Source: Macrostomum lignano
Taxonomy: Eukaryota
Direction of reading: 5' to 3'
DNA length: 64,000 bases
Assembly: GCA_002269645.1 (NCBI GenBank)
Contig: NIVC01000785.1
Span: 62,001-126,000 of the forward strand
Below are positions 33,323 through 44,387 of the stretch, one piece after another. The translations under genes and the position numbers were made by a program. The notes under the pieces are model-generated. The model did not search any database and was not told the origin of the DNA. It saw only the letters and a program-made list of their open reading frames with translations. The stretch's first letter is position 1. Each line of letters starts with the position of its first letter.

Positions 33323-34174
33323 GGCGGACAGGTTCCAGTCTAACAATGTTAGAAAACATGGGATCTGTAAGTTATTCTTCTTTGAATAGCATTATCCTCT
33401 TATTTGCATAAATTGAGAAGTGGTTTGTCATTGGCTGCATTCGAGGGAGGCTCTCATTGGTTCGCAGCATGCGGTCTGCTCGGATTGTACAAGAGGCGGC
33501 CTGGTTTAAGAGCGCGCAAGAGAAAAAAATATGAATATGATATGAATATGATAGGTCATTTAACTATCCTGTTCGTCTTTGAAGTTTCCATAGCTGTCAG
33601 TGTTCTGTCCGACGACATGTCTTAATAATTACAATTTTAAACAAAAAATGGTGATAAGAAACACGACTTTAAAAGCGCTAAAATTGATAGCGATAGATTG
33701 CTACTAAAATTCGAAGGGCCTGCTCTCGAAGTTTTCGATTGAACACTCGTGTCCCCATGAGAATGTTGAATGTGCATGTTTTTATTGCTTTTCCTCAAAA
33801 TTGTCCCCTCTCATTCGATTTGTTTGATAGTTGGTCAAGTTGCGTCTTCGGTTGATCAAGACCGAGAGCTTGTCAAGAAGGATGTTCATTTACGTGTAAC
33901 TAATAATAACGTTGTACTCGCGGGTTGCGATCTCGTCTAGCCCAGTCGTTTTTTTTCCCGGGTAGCGGGTTCGGTGCGGGACTGCCCCGGTGCGCGGCGG
34001 AGGGATAGACAGAGGCCGGATGACGTGGCCACTTTGAGGGGAAGAAGGAGAGATGCGACTCGGGAGCGCACAGACACTCTTCGGTCGCGGAGGACTCGGG
34101 GGACGGCCGCGGTCAGCGGAGCGGATAGCCACTCGGAGCCGGCCCGGGAGTCACCGAGGTGAATAAGGAAGCAA

Positions 34175-34400
34175 GAGGCGAGGTGAGGGATGGGTCGGGG
34201 CGTACAGACACTCCGGACCAACCAAGGGATGCGAGGTGAGGGATGGTTGGGGCATACTCCGGACCAATCAAGAGATGCGAGGTGAGGGATGGTTGGGGCG
34301 TACAGACACTCCGGTCCAATCAAGAAATGCGAGATGAGGGATTGGCTGGGGCATACAGGTCTACACTCCAGACCAATCAAGAGATGCGAGGGGGCCGTAG
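34175..34400. repeat. Degenerate ~50-55-bp tandem repeat (GATGCGAGGTGAGGGATGGTTGGGGCGTACAGACACTCCGGACCAATCAAGA)
   Basis: About 4 copies, with one more partial copy near 34475-34530. Confidence 0.7.
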
Positions 34401-34645
34401 CCCAGCGGTCTAGCGCAGGCTCTGGTGTGCCAGCGACCAAGGGCACACAACCCCCTGCCTCTAATAAAAAAAAAATCAAGAGATGCGAAGTGATGGATTT
34501 GCTTGGGCGTACGGATACTCCAAGACAATCAAAGAGTGCAGGTGAGCTGTAAGGAGGTGAGTAGGTGAGGCGATGAGGCGGCGAGGATGGGTGGGAGACA
34601 CGTGAAGAGGGTCCTAAAGAAACGCGAACGCAACCCGAACAAACG

Positions 34646-35203
34646 TAAAGGGGATGTGAACTTAAGAGTCAGAATGGAGCCTGAAGCATTGGGTCGCGAT
34701 TTCTCTACGCCAATCCCTTCATTTGGAGCCAAATAGCTCCCCTTATGCCGAAAACCCGACAACTTTAGCATTGGGGGGATCTCTGGGGAGAAATGGGATA
34801 AATGGGGATTTCATGTGAACTTAAGGCTCTAGAATGGAGCCTGAAGCATTGGGTCGCGATTTCTCTACGCCAATCCCTTCATTTGGAGCCAAATAGCTCC
34901 CCTTATGCCGAAAACCCGACAACTTTAGCATTGGGGGATCTCTGGGGAGAAATGGGATAAATGGGGATTTCATGTGAACTTAAGGCTCTAGAATGGAGCC
35001 TGAAGCATTGGGTCGCGATTTCTCTACGCCAATCCCTTCATTTGGAGCCAAATAGCTCCCCTTATGCCGAAAACCCGACAACTTTAGCATTGGGGGGATC
35101 TCTGGGGAGAAATGGGATAAATGGGGATTTCATGTGAACTTAAGGCTCTAGAATGGAGCCTGAAGCATTGGGTCGCGATTTCTCTACGCCAAACCCTTCA
35201 TTT
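34646..35203 (+). repeat. ~159-bp unit, 3.4 tandem copies; inverted copy at 37315-37503
   Basis: ATGTGAACTTAAG recurs at 34654, 34813, 34972, 35132; the array starts TAAAGGGGATGTGAAC. Confidence 0.92.
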
Positions 35204-37270
35204 GAAACCAAAGCATCGCCGTCTTTGAATGGCGAGTTGACGGAGATGCAGCCATCTTAGTCACGGGTAATGGACGCGAGAATGCGTCAAGTGAGCTCGT
35301 TGTCTTTGGGGCCATGCTTCCTGCGTCCTTCGCGATGCTGAGAACTTTGAGGAGCCATTGTCGTTGTTAATGTTGAGGCAGGTGTTAGCGATAAGGACCT
35401 GAGAGGCCTGCGAGGACCCGAGGAAGCTGTTTATGCTGCGTCCGTGACACGGCATCCGTGTCAGTGATAGCATTGTTGAGGATGGCTTCGAAGGGCGTCA
35501 AGTAGGCTGTTAGAGTCGGAGCGAGGGCAGGAACGGCAGGGCCGATGAGTAACTGGTTCAGTCACCACCGAGGATGAGGTCGAGAGTACCGTCTGTATCA
35601 TGATCGGGCGGAAGGTTGCAGACGCCGTTGTTGACACTGCTGAGGGTGTTAAGGACATCTTCAGGGAGCTTAACGGCCGGTATATGGATCGGGGCTGCTA
35701 GCTGCTAGTCGGAAGCGAGGGATGTGATTTGTCCAGCGACGGCTGTCTGGGGCCTGGAGGTCGAAACTGACGAGGTCCGCAGTAATCTAACGCGGAAGTA
35801 CGAGTACGAGTGTAAGGTGGAGGTGGCTATCGTGAGTCTCTTAGCGGCTTTGAGACCAAGGTTGTGGGCAACAGTGCCGTCAAGATGTTAGTATGAGCAG
35901 CCAGAGTCGAGAATCGAGAAAACTTGTGCAGTCGATGGAGCGGCCATCTTTCGGGTTGACGGCCTTCGCTTGGAAAGTAGCCATGATGGTCGGCACGAGA
36001 CCTCCGTCGGCTGCGGCAGAGACTTGGGAGTTGGCTTTTTCTTTGGAGTCGGCGTCAGCCTGAATTAACGTGGGCATTTTGGCCTGTCTTAGGCGAGCGA
36101 TGGCTGGAGCGAGCGCTGTCGAAGGTGGCCCCGTGCAGCGAGGTGTGATGTGGGGCGTCGCACACACGACAGTGTCGGGTGTCGCGGCAGGAACGGCAGG
36201 GCGTGGTGTGGTGTGGTGTTGGCGAAAGCAATTGTCGCAAAGGTTTTTGTTCAGAACTATTTTAAGCCGGTCATCGGGCTTGCGGATATTGCAGCAAGAC
36301 ATTGTGGCATGGTCGGAAGTGTCGCAATAGAGGCATGGGCGGCTGGGCTTTTGCTGCTGCTGGTTGGCGGTGGAAGCGAAGCGCCTTTGCGAGGAGTGGT
36401 GGACCTGGAGCTGTGCCATAGTGGGCATGAGAGGCTGCCCGTTTGCAGCACGGCAGTTGCGGATCTCGTTCTGCAGCTCGATCGGGAGGCGGCTCCATAG
36501 GGCTTAGACGTGGCTGTCGAGGGTGCAGTGAGCTCGCCAAGGCCGAGAAGTTGGCCGATAGCGAGTCGGGGGGCGTTAGTGAAGGTCTCAAACTCGTCTA
36601 CGTCGAAAGCGAAGCTGCATAATAGCGCGAGGCGTTGGAAGCAGGCATTCTTCTGCTCCTGGGCGTCGGCGCAGTTAGCCTGGAGGACACGGCAGGCCTC
36701 AGCGTAAGCGATGGGTTGGCAGGCATCGAGGGCGCCCAGCTTTCTGAGAGCGGGGCCGAATAGGAGACCGCGGAGTGGTTCGAACTTGTCGACGTTGAGA
36801 CGGGATTGGTCGACGCGGTAGAGGAAGGCGTCCCAGAACCCAGGGAATGCGGCAGGGTCGATGCCGTTGAATGTCGGGAGACGAACTTTCTGGAGGACAT
36901 TGGAGCGGATGAGAGCGGCCGGATCGCAATCACTCGTAGCGGACGACGACGCTGATGTCGTGGCAGGATAAATATAGCGGCGAGCTGTTCTATGAGCAAC
37001 TGATTCTGCTGCATCATCGCAGTCATGGAGGTGAGGAGGGCGTTAACGTCGATGACAGGTGCAGCAGGTGATGAGGCAGTGTTCGAGGATGACACGGGAG
37101 GATCCATAGTTGGGGGCAGCTGACGTTGCAGGCGGTGGGCCGCTGGGTTCGATTTGCGGCTGCCCCGCGGCAGGGGCCGCTTCAGCAGAGGCTGTGGTGT
37201 GGTCGTCCTGGGATTGATGGATCTGGTCGCCAGATGGGTCAGTCGTTCATCGCGTGATGACCATGCTAAT
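35204..37270 (-). mobile_element. BEL/Pao LTR-retrotransposon remnant: gag (DUF1759-like plus three Zn knuckles) and aspartic protease, frameshifted, truncated before RT
   Basis: Minus-strand translation: KVRLPTFNGIDPAAFPGFWDAF (DUF1759-like), CLYCDTSDHATMSC, LCDNCFRQHH, CRVCDAPHHTSLH, ILDSGCSY (protease), LDLILGGD; several stops and frameshifts. Confidence 0.85.
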
Positions 37271-37314
37271 GCTCAGGTAATCTGTTCACCACGTCATTTA
37301 AGGATTTGAAGCTC

Positions 37315-37503
37315 CTTAAGTCTTAAGTTCACATGGAATCCCCATTTATCCCATTTCTCCCCACAGAGATCCCTAAATGCTAAAGTTGTCGGGTTTTCGG
37401 CATAAGGGGAGCTATTTGGCTCCAAATGAAGGGATTGGCGTAGAGAAATCGCGACCCAATGCTTCAGGCTCCATTCTAGAGCCTTAAGTTCACATCCCCT
37501 TTA
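37315..37503 (-). repeat. Inverted single copy of the ~159-bp unit
   Basis: Reverse complement begins TAAAGGGGATGTGAACTTAAGGCTCTAGAATGGAGCC and matches the 34646-35203 units. Confidence 0.92.
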
Positions 37504-37592
37504 GCTCACCGGGAGGGGTCGAATCGACTCATATGGTGCAGTCTATTTAGCAGTGATGAATGGAGTGGCAGCTCGGAGACGGCGGGTTAGCT

Positions 37593-38028
37593 TGTGGCGA
37601 AGTGTTCCGATAGTTTAATGGGCTCGTGCAGTTTTATTGTACTCTTACTATTCAGTAGCTGGTATAGCCAAAGAAAAACAACGAAGCGTGCCACCGGCCG
37701 GCTCCAAGCCGGTTAATAAATAGGATGCAAAGAAAATGGGGGGGGGGCGGGCCAAACCGGTCACAGAGCGCAAACACACACAAAAAGAACCTCGCGAGCA
37801 CCCCACCCCAGCCCAGCCAATCAAAATACGCGCTGGGTAAGGCTCCACGAGGGGAGGGGGTAGATAAAGAGGGGTCTGCCGGCCCAGCCAGCCAATCCGC
37901 GCACGCGCAGCTGCCCAAAACCAGACCGGTCTGAACCAGTTCGCCAGAGCGGAACCGGCTAGGGCGGCAGACTGGGCGGTTGGCATGCACTAAAAAAGGG
38001 CAAGGAAAAGGTCGTGGCGCAGGCCACA
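37593..38028 (-). mobile_element. Putative 5' LTR of the BEL/Pao element
   Basis: Bounded by TGTGGC...GCCACA; AATAAA on the minus strand ~40 nt from the inner end (37633-37638); lies upstream of gag in the same orientation. No second LTR or canonical PBS seen. Confidence 0.45.
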
Positions 38029-38034
38029 ACCTGC

Positions 38035-38300
38035 CTTAATTACACCTGCCTTAATGGACAGATAGGCAGCCGACAGCTCAGCCGCAGCTATTGCGCGGCG
38101 AATCTGAAGGCTGCGTACGGCTGTTCAATTCAAGGACTGGGGGGTCGCCACACACCCTCAATTACCCCAACTAATGCTGGCACCCATTTTACAGCTGGGT
38201 GAACTGAAGCAATGTAGAGTTAAGTGTCTTGCTCAAGGAGAATCGAACCCCCGACTTTTAAGTAGTGAGTCCGACGCTCTAGCCACAAGACTAGAACCCC
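38035..38300 (-). mobile_element. tRNA-derived SINE, same family, with internal deletion after the B box
   Basis: Reverse complement GGGGTTCTAGTCTTGTGGCTAGAGCG...GGTTCGATTC-TCCTTGAGCAAGACACTTAACTC... Confidence 0.85.
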
Positions 38301-38820
38301 AACGTGTAACAAACAACATTAAATGTAGCATCCCAAAGGCCAACATAATTCACATTGTGTAACCTCCCCCACGATGTGGCCTGCCTGTTACGGGCGCATG
38401 CAACAGGTTGCTTCTTATGTTCAACGGAGTCTGTTAGATTCTGTCGAACTGCTGTCAGTGAGTCAGCAGAATTTGGTCAGCTTTACATTCATTTGGCCGG
38501 ACTTCTGTACGGAAATTGGCCCAGGCGGCTGTCCTGCGATTCACACCCATGTCAGGGCCAACCCCAAGACACAGGAGCGAGCAATGTACATGCCTGCCGA
38601 TCTGAAAGACGGGGTCGCCGTAAGATCAGGCCATATAGTTATAATCAAATAAGACAAGTCGAGGGATAGAGATGAAAAACTTGCTAACAGCCAATCGAAG
38701 CTTTTGAGTCCAATGATGGACAAGATCACTATCACTTCATGCAACAAACTTAAATATGACAGTCTCAGCCTGAGAAATGACAGGCAGAGAGCTCTATTAA
38801 ATCAGCAAATTCCAAAAAAT

Positions 38821-41800
38821 ATGGAGGCCAATTTGCTTGGCAACGTCACCTTCGCTGGCTCCGCTAGCGCTGGGGTGTACATGGTGGCGAGGTCGCTCAC
38901 CATTCCGACTGCAGCTGCCGGTCTTCTGCTTAGCTGCCTCAGCCTGGTCGCGCAAGTCCGAAAGCACCGCGGCTACCCGAAGGCCTCCGACATGGGTCTC
39001 GTCCTGTTGCAGCTGGCGCAGGTGCACTGCTGTCTGGCTGTCGGCTTCTACGTCTCAGTAGACTTGGCGACTCACCAACCGGGCCAGAGTCGCGTGACCA
39101 GCTTGATGGGCAGCACCTTGCATGCTGTGAGCCTGAGAAAGTTTCTCAAAGTTTTAGCTTTGACTTACCTTACCTTTCACCTGCGCTTTAGCATCTTACC
39201 CAGCTGCGCTCAGGAAACTCCAACTGCGTCTCTGTAAATGGACGCTGCGATAAAAGCATCCGGTTAGCAAGCATCCGGTTAGCAAACATCCGGTTAGCAA
39301 ACATCCGGTTAGCAAACATCCGGTTAGCAAACATCCGGTTAGCAAGCATCCGGTTAGCAAACATCCGGTTAGCAAACATCCAGTTAGTAAACATCCGGTT
39401 GGCAAGCATCCGGTTAGCAAACATCCGGATAGCAAGCATCCGGTTAGCAAGCATCCGGTTAGCAAGCATCCGGTTAGCAAACATTCGGATAGCAAGCATC
39501 CGGTTAGCAAGCATCCGGTTAGCAAGAATCCGGTTAGCAAGCATCCGGTTAGCAAACATCCGGATAGCAAGCATCCGGTTAGCAAGCATCCGGTTAGCAA
39601 GCATCCGGTTAGCAAACATTCGGATAGCAAGCATCCGGTTAGCAAGCATCCGGTTAGCAAGCATCCGGTTAGCAAGCATCCGGTTAGCAAGCATCCGGTT
39701 AGCAAGCATCCGGTTAGCAAGCATCCGGTTAGCAAGCATCCGGTTAGCAAGCATCCGGTTAGCAAGCATCCGGTTAGCAAGCATCCGGTTATCAAAAATC
39801 TGGCAGTCGCATGTAGCTGAGCAGGGAAGATTAAGCGGCTTACTGCAGTTGGGACTTAGCACCGACAGCAGCAGGTTAGGTAATAAAATCGCATCGGGCG
39901 TAGGCTCTAAAAGATTTTTTCAATTACTTTTCTGATAAGGGTGAAAACGATTGGCGAGGCCTGCTATTTTTCGACGACGCGATGGCGATAAATCGTTGTT
40001 GAAGCGAGAAGAGAAACAAGAAATGAGTCAACAACGCTGAAGCGAAATTGCTTTCAGAGAATATGGCCTGGGAGGTATTTTTAGTTGCAGCCATCTCACT
40101 CTGGGGGTGGCCCGCATCCCCTGTCCGAGGACGCCTGGGCGCTAAGACATTCGTTATGGGGGCTCAGGGCATAACCAGCATTTTTCATCGGCCATCCAGC
40201 CCTTTGACGGACAGGGGCCTCATGAGGGAATGAGGGACCATCATTGCATTTCAACAGGGTGCGAGTTCAATTGATTGAGCAAATGGCTCTATAATCTGTA
40301 GGTATCACCATCATTTACAAACTGAATTTGTCATGACATAATCCAATACGAGCGTACGACGTACATCCGTAGGTAGCCTACTGCTGGTTCTTGGTCAGCC
40401 TGACAGTGAAGAACCTGTTGACAGCGTACATCGGCATGCTCTGCTGCAAGGCAATCGCCAAGCCGCTGGAGTTCCGCAGCTGGCTGACGCGCCGCATCCA
40501 GCTGTGCAGTTTCGCCGTACTACTGCTGGCCACTGTAGCCATCGTGCTTGGCGTCTTCGCCGTGTGGCGTCTGGCGACCGGCGGCAGCGAGAAAGTGCTG
40601 AAGACTGGTGCTGCCGCTGACTAGGGTGGCTCAGACTTACCTGTCTGTGACAATAATTATTCTGATTGCAGGCAAAACCTCCGACAACCAACCTGAAGCA
40701 GCCACTGCCGTCCCAACTGGAACTGCCAATGAGAGCTCCTTTGAAGCCTCTGCTGCTGCTGCGTCCTCGGCTGCCACTGCCGCTGCTTCTGTTGCAGCTA
40801 TTGCCGCAGCGATTCCGAGACAACTCATAGAAACTCATTCCACGGTTGGTGCGGCCGTTGCCGCTGCTGTTGCCGCAAGTGAAAACGCCACTAGCGCAGT
40901 TTCTGAGGCAGTAATTGCAGCCGCGTCTGCAGCTTCGGCGGCCTCTTCAGCTATTGAAATAGAACTAGAAGAAGGAGACGATTTGGCTCCTGTCAAGGAC
41001 GCTGCAGAAGCTGCGGAAGCTGCCACTGAGCGAGTAGCAGCCGCAGCTTCAATCACCAGGGAACGCACAGAAACGGTCACTAGCATCCTGTCTAGAGCGG
41101 ATGCAAACGCCGCCAGCAGAGTCACAGTAATAGCTGAACAGGCCGCGGCTGCCGCTGCTGATTTGTCAACGGCCGCTGCAGAGTCGGCCGCCGCTGCCGT
41201 TGCTGCTGCAGAACCGAGTGTCATCAAAGTCTGCGAAGGCGATACCATGGACTTTAGGGTGTTCACTGCCGTTAGAGTCGCCGAGGCAAATGCTGAAGCG
41301 GCCAGAGCAGCCGCGGCGACCGCTTCTGCCGCCACCTTTGCCGCTGCTGCGATCGCCAACGCAGCCAAAGCTGTGGCCGATGCGTTGGCGATCGCTAAAG
41401 CCACCAACTCCGGCGCAGTGAACTCTGCCGCTGCCGCAGCCGCCGGAGCTACGGCTGCATTAGCCGCAGTCAATCTCAACATTGCAGGCTCAGCCGCTGC
41501 AACTGCGGCATCCGCTTACGCTGCCAACGCTAAAGCAGCTGCCGCGTACGCAAAGTCGCGAAACCTGCTCAACGCCAGAGTCATCTTGCTTTCGCTGGCC
41601 GCTTGCCTCGCGGTGTTCGACTTGCCGGGAGCCGTCCTGGTGATTCTTGGACAGTTCCACTCGTTCCCGGACTGGTTGGTGCCAATCGACGACCTGCTCG
41701 TGAGCGTCCCGACTGTGGCTCGTTTCGTCATTTTCTACGCATTCAGCGCCAGCTTTCGCGTCCAGATGCGCCGCCTGCTGTGGCGACAGGCTCCGCTACA

Positions 41801-41879
41801 ACGCGGCGGTTCCGGCAGCGACGCGGAGCAGCAGATGCTGCCGCTGGTGACCACTCGCTATGGCAGGTCTGCCCGTTAA
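38821..41879 (+). CDS. Divergent GPCR-like membrane protein with a ~300-aa Ala-rich insert, ~582 aa, 3 exons
   Basis: Exons 38821-39126 (GCT|gtgagc), 40373-40607 (ccgtag| ... G|gtgctg), 40672-41879 (ttgcag|); phases 0/1 match, 1749 nt. Four N-terminal TM segments including [12 protein letters not shown] (like DRYxAIxxPL), C-terminal FDLP (TM6-like) and [12 protein letters not shown] (TM7/helix 8-like). Confidence 0.72.
39255..39795. repeat. 15-bp minisatellite (GCATCCGGTTAGCAA), intron 1 of the GPCR-like gene
   Basis: Period 15 (39661/39676). Confidence 0.95.
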
Positions 41880-44387
41880 GTCTTTCCCCGTTTACGTTTA
41901 GACTGGCGAAAATGACAAAAACGAAAAAGGTACCCTTTTACCTTTGTTTGTGAACGGCAATCAACAATGCTAATTAACAACTCCAATATCCCTTCACCGC
42001 GAGTATAGAAAAACTCGGGATACAATTTATGGGATGCGGTGCGCAACCAACCAGTTTCTCAGAAATAGTGAGGGTCGTAGCTGACATCCTGTATTTCCAT
42101 CGCGGTGGACGTCACCTTATCTTGGCTTACGAGTACTAATAAGTTACCATTCCTCTCCAACTTAAAATTGAAAAACTCTGGTGAACCAATTTTGACTAAG
42201 CACCACTGAAGTCGTCCTTGCATGCTTTCGAATTAATGAAATCTCGACGTTAAGCCACCGACGCCACCGACGTGTTTTGACGAGGTGAAAATTCTCGACG
42301 CTGCGAAACTAGACGTGAACCCCTTAACGTTACATAATTTTTTATTTAATTCGCGCTGTGTTATGCTAGTAGAATGCTTTTTTGCAACTCGCATAATATT
42401 CAAGATTCAACTTCGGAACCCTAAAACCAGTGACGTCACCACTAATTGAACGCCCCTGTGACACTGTAAACAGGAAGATCTTCAGACAAGACTGCTTAAT
42501 TTAAAATTTAAAAAACGTATGGTTGGTTTTGTGTTATTCTAAAAAAATTCCTTTTTTGTTTTTAATGTGACGACTACAGCATCCAGCCGGTGGCTCGACT
42601 AGCTTTGGACATGCTCTGAGCAATAGGACATTTTTTCAAAGTGGATACATAAAATCCGCCCTACTTTTGTGTATTGCGAGAAACTCAACCTAAATTGCTT
42701 TTTCTTGTAATATTTTGTTTTTCTGCAGTTGTTTAACGTTACGCGTCAGATGGTTTTTGAACAATTTAAGTAGAAGGACGCTATATACACTCGATTTTAT
42801 TAGTTCGTATAATAAGCTGGTTGCCGTTAAGGAACGCATGCTTGACGTAGCGCTTGAGCATTTTTTATGTCCTCCAGAAATAAGAATTGTGTATGACGAA
42901 TGGTACGAGCTAGATAAGAAAATCATGTAGAGCAACTTTCTCACTTCTTCAGTTGTCTATATGCGACGATGTTGTGCCTACATTTTAAATTTCTTCTGAT
43001 GGCTATTATAAAACGCGATATTCAAAAAAAACTTTATTTAGGCTTTTTAGCCGCTTGCACGACTTGTGTTGTGGAAAAAAGACAAAAAAGTTCATGGTCT
43101 TGTGCATGAAGCATTTGTTTGTCTTCAACGATTTATTTGACCATAACAACATACAGCGACGATCATGTGACGAATAAAGGCGGGAAGACGTACGGTTTGT
43201 GTAGCGGTTAAATTTGATAATCTAGAGCCAACAGCCGACTTCCCTTAGCGTAAATTGCAGATTTTAGATTTGGTATGTTGAATTGAAGGTTAGGTTTGGA
43301 TTGGTAGCTGCTTAGTTTTAGTGCGACTAAAGCAATTGAATGCGACGGCTAAGGGGCCCGCGAGAAGCGGAGCGAAAACCCAGGAGTGAAGGGACAGAGC
43401 GGCGGCTGACTGCAAGCGTATATTTAATTGTTAGGTAAACAGATAACAAACAACAACACCCCTAATCCAAAATCCAGACAAACCCCCCTCGCGACGAGCA
43501 ATGTACATGTACAAATTAATCGATAAAATAAATCATGCAAGAATAACATACGTCAGTACATCTACATATGTAGAACTACTTTACGAGAAATAATAACGAT
43601 ATGAATGAAATGCAAATAATAGAATAAATACATACGAGGCTACAAAAACAAAGCAATTAAAAAAACATTAGCGCAATAATAATGCGTATAGTTTTAGTAT
43701 TGTTAAAATAAATTAAAGAATACAAGTATGCATGCGAGATAAGGAAATACGATCAGATGATTCTACGAATTACATTGTCACAATCGGATCCATAGACTAT
43801 TGACTTTGTCTATGCAGCACTAGAATATTGATAGTCGATGTCAGAAAAGTACTTTTGTCTTTCTGGCACTTCATAGTGTTCACAATAGTGTTATTAGAAC
43901 GTAAACGTAAACGATTGATCATCTATGCAGCTTTCTTTTTAGTAGCTTCTGGCACACAGCCATCGACAACAGCCATGCATGAGTTCATCTTCTAACATAA
44001 AATGGAAGCGAGGGTTTTCTGGTTTACATGTATGTCGATCAGAAAGATGTATTTGTCTTTCTGGAGAAAAATACTATACCACCCGTTTATTCATTTTTGT
44101 CTATGGCCAAAACGACTTTGATATTGTCTCTCAATCATTCTGACGGTCATAGATAAATAAATAAACAAGAGATATAGTTTGATAAGAAGTGGCTTATCGT
44201 GGCATCTGTCCCGCAAAGCTTTTAATACCATAGAATCTTAGTTTAAAAGAAAACCAGCTCCACATATAATATAACGGCAACTTTGCGTTAAGAAATAAAT
44301 TTGTCAAGTTTTATACTAACTCGAGCAAGCAAACTGGTACTCAACTTTCATCTTGGTCAATAAGTTCGTATTACGTCGGAAACCAGT

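Noticed and set aside
34646-35203. 159-bp repeats as LTRs
   Set aside because: The partner copy is inverted, the ends are not TG..CA, and they are tandem.
39188-39935. MLANR/LLTGC repeat ORFs
   Set aside because: 15-bp intronic minisatellite.
40835-41482. Minus-strand Ala-rich 215-aa ORF
   Set aside because: Antisense of GCN-rich codons; the plus-strand frame has splice and TM support.
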